From positions 2,261 through 66,260 of the forward strand of contig VBOG01000013.1 of NCBI GenBank assembly GCA_005877815.1: a stretch of DNA of 64,000 bases, read 5' to 3'. Made by a program: the position numbers and the translations under genes. The notes under the pieces were generated by a model. It saw only the letters and a list, made by a program, of their open reading frames with translations, searched no databases and was not told the origin of the DNA. Origin of the DNA: Nitrospirota bacterium. Lineage in GTDB: Bacteria > Nitrospirota > Nitrospiria > Nitrospirales > NS-4. Of the stretch, positions 37,375 through 46,790 are shown in pieces (the stretch's first letter is position 1; every line of letters starts with the position of its first letter).

Positions 37375-38000
37375 TCCTGCGCTCTTTTTCGGTGCCGCCT
37401 CTGGGATGTAACTGCTCCATCCTCGGCGATCCCGTGACGAAACAGGCTCTGGTCGTGGACCCCGGGGGGGATGCCGAGCGTATTCTTGAAGACCTTCGCG
37501 GTTTGGGACTGACGGTCTCCCGCATCGTCCATACGCACGCACATTTCGATCACTTTTTGGCGTCCGGCGAGATGCAGAAGGCGACGGGGGCGCCGTTGTG
37601 CTTGCACCGCGACGACAGGGAACTCTGGGAGAATCTGGAACTGCAGTGCCGAATCTTCGGCGTACCGTATGTGCCCGTCCCCCCTCCGAATGAATGGTTA
37701 AACGATGAGGAGCCGCTGTCGCTCGGGGATATCCAAGGCATCGCGCTCCATACCCCCGGACATACTCCGGGGTCCATGTGCTACCACTTTCCTGTCGCCA
37801 AACTGCTCCTCGCCGGCGACACGTTGTTCCACGGCAGCATCGGTCGAACCGATTTATGGGGGGGCGACGCGCAGGCGATCGAGCGCTCGATCAAGCAGCG
37901 TCTTTACGCCCTCGATGAAACGACGCGCGTCATCACGGGCCATGGGCAGGAAACCACGATTGGCTTCGAGATGCGCTTCAATGCGTTTGTGCGAGGTTGA
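37371..38000 (+). CDS. MBL-fold metallo-hydrolase (glyoxalase II-like)
   Basis: HTHAHFDH, HTPGHTPGS and GDTLF motifs. ATGA overlap with the upstream gene. Confidence 0.8.
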   Translation: MILRSFSVPPLGCNCSILGDPVTKQALVVDPGGDAERILEDLRGLGLTVSRIVHTHAHFDHFLASGEMQKATGAPLCLHRDDRELWENLELQCRIFGVPYVPVPPPNEWLNDEEPLSLGDIQGIALHTPGHTPGSMCYHFPVAKLLLAGDTLFHGSIGRTDLWGGDAQAIERSIKQRLYALDETTRVITGHGQETTIGFEMRFNAFVRG

Positions 38001-38004
38001 CCAT

Positions 38005-39126
38005 TTACCGTTCGATTTGAAAGCCTAATCCCGCGAGCACGCCGCCTAGCTTTCCCGCACTGCTCGGCATCCGCACGATGGTATTCCTGAATTCGAGGCG
38101 CCGGGGATAGGCGGCCCGGAAGGCGTCGAACGCTTCTCCCCGTTGAGGACTCGGAAGCAGGCCGATGTTTCGAAGTGCCGCATCGTCTCGACGGATATCG
38201 TAGGCCCCAAGCACGATTCTTGGGACCTCATCGGGCGATTCGTCTGCCGCGTGTACGACTGTCCTTTCAGGAGAGACTGGTGGCGCCCAAGCCGGTGTGA
38301 GCCCGAGGAATTTACACGCGGCCTCGTAGAGCAGGACGGTGCCGTTCACTTTGCCGTCCAACGAGTATCCCGCAATGTGCGGTGTCCCCAACGTCACCAC
38401 TTCAATCAGCGCCGGGTCCGGGTCCGGTTCATTTTCCCATACATCAAGAATCGCCCCACCCAGACGCCGTTTCCGCAACGTGCCCAGGAGGGCCCTGTTG
38501 TCAACCACGGCGCCTCGCGACGTATTCACGACCACGGCACCCGGCCTCATCTTCGAAAAGGTGTCAGCATTGAGCAGGTGATACGTCGCATCCGGCCCCT
38601 CCCGCGTGAGCGGAACATGACAGGTGACAATGTCGCTCTCGGCGAGAAGTGCCTCCAACGGCACAAACCCCGTGCCTCCCGAGCGCTCCAGAGGAGGATC
38701 ATTCGCGAGCACGGTCATTCCCAAAGCCCGAGCTTTTTGCTGAACCAAGATGCCGATGAGGCCGAGCCCGATGATCCCCACGGTCCGTCCGGACCAATGG
38801 CGGAGCCCCAAGGCCATCAGTGCGGAGACCAGATACTCAGCCGCGGAATTGGCATTGCTCCCCGGTGCGTAGGCGAATGCGATCTTACGTTCACGCAGGT
38901 TGTCTTGATCCACATGGTCTAACCCGATCGTGGCGCTGCCGACGAAACGGATCGCGCTCTTTTCCAACAATGCGGCATTCACCGGCGTCACGGACCGCAC
39001 CAATAGCAGGTCGGCATCCCTCACATCAGCGTTCGTGATGGTGCGGCCCGGAAGCAAGACGACGTCTCCGAGAGTCCCGAAGGCGTCTTTGGCATACGGA
39101 ATATTGGCATCCGCGACGATCTTCAA
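38005..39126 (-). CDS. pdxB: 4-phosphoerythronate dehydrogenase
   Basis: Collinear with E. coli PdxB as I remember it: MKIVADANIPYA, LLVRSVT.VN, GSATIGLDHVD, HIAGYS and DIRRDDAALR. Confidence 0.88.
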   Translation of the reverse strand: MKIVADANIPYAKDAFGTLGDVVLLPGRTITNADVRDADLLLVRSVTPVNAALLEKSAIRFVGSATIGLDHVDQDNLRERKIAFAYAPGSNANSAAEYLVSALMALGLRHWSGRTVGIIGLGLIGILVQQKARALGMTVLANDPPLERSGGTGFVPLEALLAESDIVTCHVPLTREGPDATYHLLNADTFSKMRPGAVVVNTSRGAVVDNRALLGTLRKRRLGGAILDVWENEPDPDPALIEVVTLGTPHIAGYSLDGKVNGTVLLYEAACKFLGLTPAWAPPVSPERTVVHAADESPDEVPRIVLGAYDIRRDDAALRNIGLLPSPQRGEAFDAFRAAYPRRLEFRNTIVRMPSSAGKLGGVLAGLGFQIER

Positions 39127-39176
39127 TGTATCAGTCCTTGACCGCTTGAGTAGCGGGTCGCTATCCTGTAGCGCCT

Positions 39177-40034
39177 ATGGTGACCATCGACGCCAAGACA
39201 CGACTCTGCGCGCTCATCGGCAACCCGGTAGAGCATTCGCTGTCCCCCGCCATTCATAATGCCGCCTTCCAGCACGCAGGCTTGAACTTCGTGTATCTGG
39301 CCTTCAAAGTTGAAGACCTGGAAGGTGCGGTACGCGGCCTTCGCGCATTGACCAGCATCCGGGGCGCCAGCGTCACCATACCGCATAAGGTCGCCGTGAT
39401 GCCGTATCTTGATGTGATCGACCCCACTGCCAGGAATATCGGCGCCGTGAACACGATCGTATCGGACGGCGGCATCCTGACCGGATACAACACCGACGCG
39501 TCCGGCGCGCTTGCGGCTCTCAGGTCTGCCGCGGGCCTGCCCGAGGGCGCGCGCGTCCTGCTCCTGGGATCTGGAGGCGCCGCTCGCGCCATTGCCTTTG
39601 CGCTCTGCATGGAAGGCAAAATCTCCTCATTAACGGTCCTGGCCATCGTAGACCAGGAGCGCAATGCCCTTGTCCGCGACCTTAAAGAGAAGATGGGCGC
39701 GGCGGTCACTGGCTCGCCGCTCAACGATGACACGCTGCGCCGGAACATTCCGGCATCGCAAGTCCTCATCCATTGCACGCCGGTCGGCATGAGCCCAAAG
39801 GTCGGAGAGACGTGCGTTCCGCGACCCTTCTGGCAGCCGCATTTAACCGTGATGGACATCGTGTACAATCCGCTCGAAACTCAACTGCTCAAGGAAGCGC
39901 GAGAGATGGGCTGCCGCACGATCAGGGGCATCGAGATGTTTCTGCACCAGGCCATCGCACAATTCGAACTGTGGACGCAGAAGCCCGCGCCGGCGACCGT
40001 CATGCGATCCATCCTGGAAAGGAAGTACCAGTGA
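39177..40034 (+). CDS. aroE: shikimate dehydrogenase
   Basis: IGNPVEHSLSP.IHNAAF, VTIPHK, GAVNT, GYNTD and GSGGAARA motifs. Confidence 0.92.
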   Translation: MVTIDAKTRLCALIGNPVEHSLSPAIHNAAFQHAGLNFVYLAFKVEDLEGAVRGLRALTSIRGASVTIPHKVAVMPYLDVIDPTARNIGAVNTIVSDGGILTGYNTDASGALAALRSAAGLPEGARVLLLGSGGAARAIAFALCMEGKISSLTVLAIVDQERNALVRDLKEKMGAAVTGSPLNDDTLRRNIPASQVLIHCTPVGMSPKVGETCVPRPFWQPHLTVMDIVYNPLETQLLKEAREMGCRTIRGIEMFLHQAIAQFELWTQKPAPATVMRSILERKYQ

Positions 40035-40531
40035 ACATCGTTCTCATCGGATATCGAGGCACCGGAAAGAGCACCATCGCGAAACTGTTGGCCGAGAGGA
40101 CGAAATGGCCTCTGGTGTCCACCGACGCAGAGATCGTCAAAAAGGCCGGGATGCCCGTGCCTGAAATCATTCGACAGAAAGGGTGGGACTATTTCCGGAA
40201 CGTCGAATCACAGATTTGCCAGCGGCTCTCGTCAAAGGACCGGACCATCATTGACACCGGCGGCGGCGTCGTCCTTCGCAAAGAAAACGTCGAAGCATTG
40301 CGGCTGCGCGGCCGGGTCTTCTGGTTGACGGCTGATATTCCGACGATCATGGAACGAATCAAGGCTGCGACAGACCGGCCGTCGCTCACCGGCAAGAAAT
40401 CCTACGTCGAAGAGGTATCTGAAGTACTCGACGAGCGCCTGCCCCTCTACAAGGCAGCCTGCGATCACATCCTTCCTACTGACAATCGAACGATTGAAGA
40501 GATTGCAGACGAGATCAAAAGCTTGCTGTAA
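40031..40531 (+). CDS. aroK: shikimate kinase
   Basis: NIVLIGYRGTGKSTI (P-loop) and TGGGVV. GTG 40031 gives a GTGA overlap with the aroE stop. Confidence 0.88.
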   Translation: MNIVLIGYRGTGKSTIAKLLAERTKWPLVSTDAEIVKKAGMPVPEIIRQKGWDYFRNVESQICQRLSSKDRTIIDTGGGVVLRKENVEALRLRGRVFWLTADIPTIMERIKAATDRPSLTGKKSYVEEVSEVLDERLPLYKAACDHILPTDNRTIEEIADEIKSLL

Positions 40532-40562
40532 TCCTTTGATGTCCGCTCGTCCCGATCCCAGA

Positions 40563-41081
40563 CTATTTGCTCGGGACGACCTTGAAACGCAACGTCCCGA
40601 GTTGGCTTGCCTGGGTCACCCTTTCCCCGATGTGGATTCTGATCTTATAATTTCCGGGAACCCAGCCGTCCGTGGGACGCGGCAGTTCCAGAAACCCGCT
40701 GTCCTGCGACGTCTGAAGATAGACGCCTTCCTCGTACAGCAATGTGTCATTTGGCCGTCCGTCCCCTTTTTCCAGAAACAATTGGCCGAGAATGTGCGCG
40801 GGGTTTTCTCTCGGCAAGATTTCGAAGACAACGTAGATGGCGTCTACATCGGGCGTGAAGACGGTGCTGGGCCGGTCCGGTTTGTAGCGATCGGTTTGAA
40901 AGACGTCTTTGGCCGTTTTATAGCCATGCGCCAGTTCGATCCTGGTAAAGAATCCTTTCGGCTCCGCATCCGTTGAATCATCTGAGGACTCCGCGAAGGA
41001 AGGTAGCGCGTCAATAGTCCCACTTAGCAGCACGGCCAACACCACGCCCATCGTCCGTTCGATCAATCTGTTTCGCGTCAC
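40563..41081 (-). CDS. hypothetical secreted protein
   Basis: 172 aa. N-terminal hydrophobic segment MGVVLAVLLSGTIDALPSFA. No recognised motif. An alternative start is at 41051. Confidence 0.5.
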   Translation of the reverse strand: MTRNRLIERTMGVVLAVLLSGTIDALPSFAESSDDSTDAEPKGFFTRIELAHGYKTAKDVFQTDRYKPDRPSTVFTPDVDAIYVVFEILPRENPAHILGQLFLEKGDGRPNDTLLYEEGVYLQTSQDSGFLELPRPTDGWVPGNYKIRIHIGERVTQASQLGTLRFKVVPSK

Positions 41082-41142
41082 GCCTGCCCTCTTTGTCGAT
41101 GCTGTCTCTGTAATTCTACCCAGAAGGACGCGAGGAACGCAA

Positions 41143-41718
41143 TCAACCCATTCTCCCCAACGCCGCCAACTCCGATGGCGTGAGATCGCGCCACTGCCCA
41201 GGTTGCAGGTCCCCGAGGGCGACCGGGCCGATGGCCAGACGAATGAGGCGAAGGGTCGGATGGCCGATGGCTGCCGTCATGCGTCGGACCTGCCGGTTCT
41301 GTCCTTCGCGAACACCGACGCGAAGCCAGATGGTCGGCACAGATTTCCGGTAACGGATCGGCACCGGCCGGTCTGGAAAGTTCAGACCCTTCAGCAGCTC
41401 CACCTCGGCGGGCAGCGTGCGGCGGCCTTGCATCAGAATGCCCGCCCGGAGACGGGCCAGCGATTCTTCCTTCGGAACGTGTTCCACCTGTGCCGCATAG
41501 ACTTTTAAAAATTTATGCCGAGGGTCGGTAATCCGGTGCGCCAACTCGCCGTCGGAGGTCAATAGCAGCAGGCCTTCACTGTCATAGTCCAGTCGGCCGG
41601 CGCCATAGACATCGGGAACGCGAATGAAGTCGGCCAACGTCGGCCTGCCTTCCGCGTCTGTGAAACAAGACAGCACGCCGTAAGGTTTGTTGAAGGCCAG
41701 CGTGCGGTGTCGAGTCAC
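41143..41718 (-). CDS. rluE: 23S rRNA pseudouridine synthase, RluE-type (no S4 domain)
   Basis: FNKPYGVLSCFTD and GAGRLDYDSEGLLLLTSDG (catalytic Asp motif), collinear with E. coli RluE as I recall it. Confidence 0.75.
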   Translation of the reverse strand: MTRHRTLAFNKPYGVLSCFTDAEGRPTLADFIRVPDVYGAGRLDYDSEGLLLLTSDGELAHRITDPRHKFLKVYAAQVEHVPKEESLARLRAGILMQGRRTLPAEVELLKGLNFPDRPVPIRYRKSVPTIWLRVGVREGQNRQVRRMTAAIGHPTLRLIRLAIGPVALGDLQPGQWRDLTPSELAALGRMG

Positions 41719-42353
41719 TGCGAGAGCGACTTCGGCTCGGCGGTCAGGCGCATGACCAGCACGTACAGCAAGCCGATGACCGCGGCGAAAGCTCCCACCA
41801 CGTAGGAGCGCTCTTGCAGGATTTGCAACATGAGGGCAGGATCCTGCACTAATTCCGGCCGGTCACCGAGAAGATTGTCGCCGAACCAGGCCAGCACCGC
41901 GCACCAGAGAGCGGCCCCGGTGATGGTCATCACGCTATACATGCCAAACGGCATTCTCACAAGACCGGTAGGGATGCCGATCAAATGCCGGACCACAGGG
42001 ACCAAGCGGGCAAAGAAGACTCCCCCCGCCTCATAGCGAGCCAGCCAGCGTTCAGCACGCGTCACTTTCTCCTCCGGACAGAGGACGTACTTCCCATAAC
42101 GAAGCAGGAGCGGCCGGCCCAGCCATCGGGCAGCCCAATACGTCGCAGCCGCTCCGAGATAGCTGCCGAAAGTCCCCGCCAGAATAACGCCCCACAAACT
42201 GTACCGGCCTTGAGATGCCCAGTAAGCGGCCGGAGGAATCACGATCTCGCTGGGAATGGGAAACACCGAACTCTCCAGGGCCATCAGGAAGATAATGCCG
42301 GGATATCCCCAGTCATTGACCCACTGAAACCAGATACCGACCCACTCTTGCAC
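41715..42353 (-). CDS. DedA family membrane protein
   Basis: YPGIIFLMALESSVFPIPSEIV and ARLVPVVRHLIGIPTG are DedA/SNARE-associated signatures. 4-nt overlap with rluE. Confidence 0.85.
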   Translation of the reverse strand: MQEWVGIWFQWVNDWGYPGIIFLMALESSVFPIPSEIVIPPAAYWASQGRYSLWGVILAGTFGSYLGAAATYWAARWLGRPLLLRYGKYVLCPEEKVTRAERWLARYEAGGVFFARLVPVVRHLIGIPTGLVRMPFGMYSVMTITGAALWCAVLAWFGDNLLGDRPELVQDPALMLQILQERSYVVGAFAAVIGLLYVLVMRLTAEPKSLSQ

Positions 42354-42533
42354 TTGTCCTCTCTTTCCGTCGTCCCGCCCGTGTGCGGCGGTGCGCGGAT
42401 TCTATCCGGAATGACTCACCAGCTGCCAGAGGACAGTTCTCAGGAAGTACTACGTAACTCCTCAGGAGTAGCCACCCATTGCCCTCACGTGGAAACGAGC
42501 TGATAATTTCTCCTAGCCATTCCGTCGAGGACC

Positions 42534-43976
42534 ATGAAGAATCTGCTCTGTCGTCATGCTCAGCTCTTGGTCATCATGATCATTTCGCTGTCGTTGCTGT
42601 GTCTTCTGACCGCCGGCAATCATGTGATCAGACACTTTGAGCAACGCTTGGTGACAGACAGTGGAGAAGCGCTTGCCCACACCGCCTTGCAAATGGCCGG
42701 TGCCGTGGACGCTGTCGTACTCAAAGGCCACGACGACCTGTACCGCATCGCCCAAGCCTTCGACCTCCACGGTCCGTCTGCCACCGGCGCGTCGCTTGAA
42801 ACGCTTCGTGCCGCGTCGCCTGCGCTCCTCTGGGTTGCCGTGATGGATGAGAGCGGGCGGATCGCGGCCAGCACCGATCCAGCTGAGATCGGCCGCGATC
42901 GAGGACTGACGCCGTGGTTTCAAACAACACGGAAGCACGGCAGGGCGCAGGTGCGGGAGGTGTCACGGGACGCCGACGACCGCCTCAAAGCGGTGCTGAC
43001 CCTTCCCGTCACGAACGCCAGAGGAGAGTTCCGGGGGATGGTGGCGTCGCGGCTGAGAATCTCGACGGCGGACATTTTTGAACAGACCCGTCGCATTGTG
43101 GGAACGTCCCCACACCCCTCCCTGCCACTGAGGTATCAAATCATCGACCGGAAAGGAGAGGTGCTCGTTGACTCCACCCACCCTGCCGGGACGGCAAACC
43201 TCCAGCAATTTGCGCTGCCGTCCGTGACCTTGCTCCGTACGACAGACCGACCCGGTCACGTCGAAGAAATGGGACTGGAGCAAGCCGTGCCGGTCGTGAC
43301 CGGGTACGCCCGCACGCAGGGCCGTGGCGATTTCACCGGCCCCGACCTCGCGGTGTTGGTCCGGACCGACCGCCGGGATATCCTTGAACAGATCGCCGGC
43401 ATCCGCGAACAACTCGCAAGCCTTGGCCTTCTCCTCGGGTTCGTCATGCTGGTGTCTCTCGTATGGATGGTCGGGCACCTTCGGCGTGAATGGGCGCATG
43501 CCAAAGAGCGTGAAGAATGGCTGACCATGGCTCTGAAGCATTTGGGAGAAGCGACCATCGTGACGGACGCCGCCGGGGCTGTGGCCTATATGAATCCGCT
43601 CGCCGAATCCCTCACCGGCTGGAGGCATGAAGATGCCAAAGGGAAATCGTTGAGCAGCATTTTCACGGTCATCCATGAAGGCACTCGACAAACCGCCGAA
43701 AACCTTGTGGCGAAAATTTTGAAGGGAACGGGAAGCGTGCGAATCGCCGATCCGGCGCTCTTGATCGCGAAGGATGGGACCGAAAAGCCTCTCGATGGCA
43801 TCGCGTCCCCCGTCAAAAATCCGCAAGGCGACATCATCGGAATCGTGCTGATCTTCCACCGCGTGGCGAGTCTCAAGCGGCTCGATGAGGATTATCTGCG
43901 GTTCGCGCAGGACCAGTTGAAACTGGAATCACGCCAGCGCTATCGGCTGCTGCTCAAAGCACCACCAGCGGTATGA
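42534..43976 (+). CDS. membrane sensor with periplasmic domain and one cytoplasmic PAS domain, no recognisable output domain
   Basis: TM1 LLVIMIISLSLLCLLTA, a loop of about 270 aa, TM2 LGLLLGFVMLVSLVWMV, then PAS (ATIVTDAAGAVAYMNPLAESLTGW...). The ORF stops about 40 aa after the PAS domain with no H-box. Confidence 0.6.
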   Translation: MKNLLCRHAQLLVIMIISLSLLCLLTAGNHVIRHFEQRLVTDSGEALAHTALQMAGAVDAVVLKGHDDLYRIAQAFDLHGPSATGASLETLRAASPALLWVAVMDESGRIAASTDPAEIGRDRGLTPWFQTTRKHGRAQVREVSRDADDRLKAVLTLPVTNARGEFRGMVASRLRISTADIFEQTRRIVGTSPHPSLPLRYQIIDRKGEVLVDSTHPAGTANLQQFALPSVTLLRTTDRPGHVEEMGLEQAVPVVTGYARTQGRGDFTGPDLAVLVRTDRRDILEQIAGIREQLASLGLLLGFVMLVSLVWMVGHLRREWAHAKEREEWLTMALKHLGEATIVTDAAGAVAYMNPLAESLTGWRHEDAKGKSLSSIFTVIHEGTRQTAENLVAKILKGTGSVRIADPALLIAKDGTEKPLDGIASPVKNPQGDIIGIVLIFHRVASLKRLDEDYLRFAQDQLKLESRQRYRLLLKAPPAV

Positions 43977-44017
43977 CGGCTTGACCCACCGACGGTTTGC
44001 CGCTATTCTCAGCGGCC

Positions 44018-44620
44018 ATGTCCATTCAACCCGCCATTGCATGCCTCGATCTTGAAGGCGTCCTCATTCCGGAAATCTGGATCGGCGTCGCCGAAAAGAC
44101 CAAGATCGCCGAGCTTCGCGTCACGACTCGCGAAGAACCGAACTATGACCTTCTGATGAAGCGGCGGTTGAAAATCCTCGATGAGCACAAGGTCACATTG
44201 AAAGACATCCAGGCGGTGATCGCCACCATGGCACCGCTTGCCGGCGCCAAAGAATTTCTCTCATGGCTGCGCGCGCGATGCCAGGTTATTATCCTGTCGG
44301 ACACCTTTGCGCAGTTCGCCGCCCCGATGATGAGGCAACTCGATTATCCCACGATCTTCTGCAATACCTTGGAGATGGACGAGAAGGGCCGAGTCATTCA
44401 CTATCATCTCCGTCAGCCGGATCAGAAGCGAGCCGCGGTCCTGGCGCTCAAGGGTCTCAATTTCCGGACCGTCGCGGCCGGGGACTCGTACAACGATACG
44501 AGCATGTTGCTGACGGCCGATGACTGCAAAGCGCCTTCTGCAAAGCCGCCGACCTGCCCGACTGACTTCCCCTCAGTCCGGCTTCAGGCCGACGCCCGTG
44601 TGGCCTTGTATGTAGAGTGA
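44018..44620 (+). CDS. thrH: phosphoserine phosphatase/homoserine phosphotransferase ThrH-like (HAD family)
   Basis: [16 protein letters not shown]...RRLKILDEH...VIILSDTF...[12 protein letters not shown] is collinear with Pseudomonas ThrH as I recall it. The last 35 aa or so diverge. Confidence 0.7.
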   Translation: MSIQPAIACLDLEGVLIPEIWIGVAEKTKIAELRVTTREEPNYDLLMKRRLKILDEHKVTLKDIQAVIATMAPLAGAKEFLSWLRARCQVIILSDTFAQFAAPMMRQLDYPTIFCNTLEMDEKGRVIHYHLRQPDQKRAAVLALKGLNFRTVAAGDSYNDTSMLLTADDCKAPSAKPPTCPTDFPSVRLQADARVALYVE

Positions 44621-44666
44621 GTCGCGTATACCTTATCGGGAAAGGAGACGGAAAGGAGAGTCGATT

Positions 44667-45107
44667 ATGCTGAACGAATTTAAAGAATTTGCCATGAAGG
44701 GCAATGTGCTCGACATGGCGATTGGGGTGATCATTGGCGCGGCCTTTGGGAAAATCGTCACGTCGATGGTGAGCGATATCTTGATGCCGCCGATCGGCTT
44801 ATTGATGGGGAAAGTGGATTTCGCCAGCTTGTTCATCACCCTCTCGGGTCAGCCGCAACCGTCCTTAGCCGCGGCGAAAGCCGCCGGTACGCCCACCATC
44901 AACTATGGCGTCTTCCTTCAAACGATCCTGGATTTCGTCATTGTGGCCTTCGTCGTCTTCCTCCTCGTCCGACAGGTCAATCGGATGAAGCGTCCTGCCG
45001 CGTCCGCCCCTGCGCCGGCTGCCAAGGACTGCCCCTATTGTTATTCGAGCATCCCGATCAAGGCCACCCGGTGCGCACATTGCACGTCGGAGATCAAGGC
45101 CGCGTAA
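44667..45107 (+). CDS. mscL: large-conductance mechanosensitive channel MscL with C-terminal zinc-ribbon
   Basis: [37 protein letters not shown] is the canonical MscL N-terminus. The C-terminus [22 protein letters not shown] is C-x2-C-x11-C-x2-C. Confidence 0.9.
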   Translation: MLNEFKEFAMKGNVLDMAIGVIIGAAFGKIVTSMVSDILMPPIGLLMGKVDFASLFITLSGQPQPSLAAAKAAGTPTINYGVFLQTILDFVIVAFVVFLLVRQVNRMKRPAASAPAPAAKDCPYCYSSIPIKATRCAHCTSEIKAA

Positions 45108-45133
45108 CACCGTATCCGTCCGGAGGTACCGTC

Positions 45134-46780
45134 ATGAAGAAGGTCATGCTGGTTGTTGGCGTCGTCTTCGCCGCCCTGATCGTCATCGTCATTCTCTTGC
45201 CGTTCCTGGTGAACCTCAATCACTACCAAGCACGGTATCTTCCGATCATCGAGGAATCGCTGAATCGCAAGGTGGTTCTGAAAGATATCCGACTCACCAT
45301 TTTTCCGAGCATTGGCGTGCGGCTATCAGGGCTGACGGTCATGGAGGATCCGGCCTTCGGAGCGGGCCCATTCGCGTCGCTGAGTGCGCTGGATGTCGGC
45401 GTCAAGCTCAGACCCCTGCTCAACAGGCGCATCGAGGTGTCAGGGATGACCCTCCGCGACCCGATCATCACGATGATCAAAAATTCGAGGGGCGTGACGA
45501 ATACGTCCACATTGGGCCCAAAGGTCGCCGCAAAGCCCGAACAACAAGCGGAGAAGCCTTCACCAGCGCAAGGCCCTCTGCACATTCTCACCTTGTTCGC
45601 GGTGGACCGGATCGCCATCACCGGCGGCAAACTGACATACCGCGATGAGTTGGCGACAAAACCCTCGGAATCCGTGCTCCAGAACCTGGATCTTTTGCTC
45701 AAGGACATCGGTCTGAATCGGACCCCGTCCATCCACATGGCCACCACCTTGCAGCCTCAGAACCTCCCGATCAAGGTTGACGGCACGGCCGGTCCGCTCA
45801 AAGAGACCCTGGACATTGAGACGATTGATCTGCTCATCATGCTGGGCAAAATTGCTCTGACCGTGAAGGGGAGCGACATCGACGGTGACCTCAAGTTGTC
45901 CATCACCTCTCCAACGATCAACACTGCCGACCTCCCTGTGGCACTGCCTCTGAAGAAGCCTGTCGAGGCCAAGGACCTCAAAGTCTCGGCGGAAGTGAAA
46001 GGTCCTCAGACGAAGCTCCCGAACCTCTCCTTCAACCTCTTCGGCGGGCAAGTCACGGCACAAGGAGGACTCACGACAGGCACCCCCGCACCGCCGTTCC
46101 AAGGAAAGGTCGCGGTCCAGGGAGTCCAGCTCGGACCCGTGCTGGAAGCAGTGGGAACAGATAAAGTGTCCGTCACCGGGACGGCCGCGGTGGACCTCGA
46201 CTTGCGAGGCGCCGGCTTCTCAATGCCGGAACTGACCAACGCCTTGGAAGGACCCGGCCACGCGGTCGTGAAGGACGGCAAGATCGAGGGCGTCAATCTC
46301 CTAAGAGAAGCTGCGGCCCTTCTGAACGCGGTGGGTATCAAGCAGGACCTGGCCAATGCCACGGTCTTTTCGACCATGGAGATGAACATCGCGATTAAAC
46401 GCGGCATCATCAGGGTCGAGCGCCTCTTGATGGACAGCCATGATTTTCAGACCAGCGCGAACGGGACGATCGGATTCGATAAGACGCTCAACCTCAGAGC
46501 GAATCTCCTTTTATCGGAGGCGCTGAGCAAGAGCATCTTTGGCTCCTCACCCACCGCCAAACTTGCCATGACGGGAGGCCGCATGACCGTGCCGATGGTC
46601 ATCACCGGCACTACGGCTGCTCCATCCTACGGACTCGACAGCAAAGCCATCGGCGCCAAGGTCCAGGAGCAGGTGACAGAGAAAGCGAAAGAACAATTGG
46701 GAGAGATCTTAAAAGGCAAGGGCACATCTCCCGAAGGCAAGAAGGGCAAAGATCTGCTGAAAGGCTTATTCGGACAATAG
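45134..46780 (+). CDS. AsmA family protein
   Basis: An N-terminal TM anchor followed by NLNHYQARYLPIIEESLNRKV.L.DIRL..FP..G, typical of AsmA. Beta-rich, with Gly/Thr repeats. ATG 45134 is chosen because the ORF is open across the mscL 3' end. Confidence 0.65.
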   Translation: MKKVMLVVGVVFAALIVIVILLPFLVNLNHYQARYLPIIEESLNRKVVLKDIRLTIFPSIGVRLSGLTVMEDPAFGAGPFASLSALDVGVKLRPLLNRRIEVSGMTLRDPIITMIKNSRGVTNTSTLGPKVAAKPEQQAEKPSPAQGPLHILTLFAVDRIAITGGKLTYRDELATKPSESVLQNLDLLLKDIGLNRTPSIHMATTLQPQNLPIKVDGTAGPLKETLDIETIDLLIMLGKIALTVKGSDIDGDLKLSITSPTINTADLPVALPLKKPVEAKDLKVSAEVKGPQTKLPNLSFNLFGGQVTAQGGLTTGTPAPPFQGKVAVQGVQLGPVLEAVGTDKVSVTGTAAVDLDLRGAGFSMPELTNALEGPGHAVVKDGKIEGVNLLREAAALLNAVGIKQDLANATVFSTMEMNIAIKRGIIRVERLLMDSHDFQTSANGTIGFDKTLNLRANLLLSEALSKSIFGSSPTAKLAMTGGRMTVPMVITGTTAAPSYGLDSKAIGAKVQEQVTEKAKEQLGEILKGKGTSPEGKKGKDLLKGLFGQ

Positions 46781-46790
46781 GAGGAGCGCC

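Noticed and set aside
44500-44620. Suspected frameshift at the 3' end of thrH, because the tail diverges from the Pseudomonas ThrH sequence I remember.
   Set aside because: The other two frames do not restore the expected AGILFHAPENV... sequence. The in-frame tail still keeps AP...FP.V spacing, so divergence is more likely than a frameshift.
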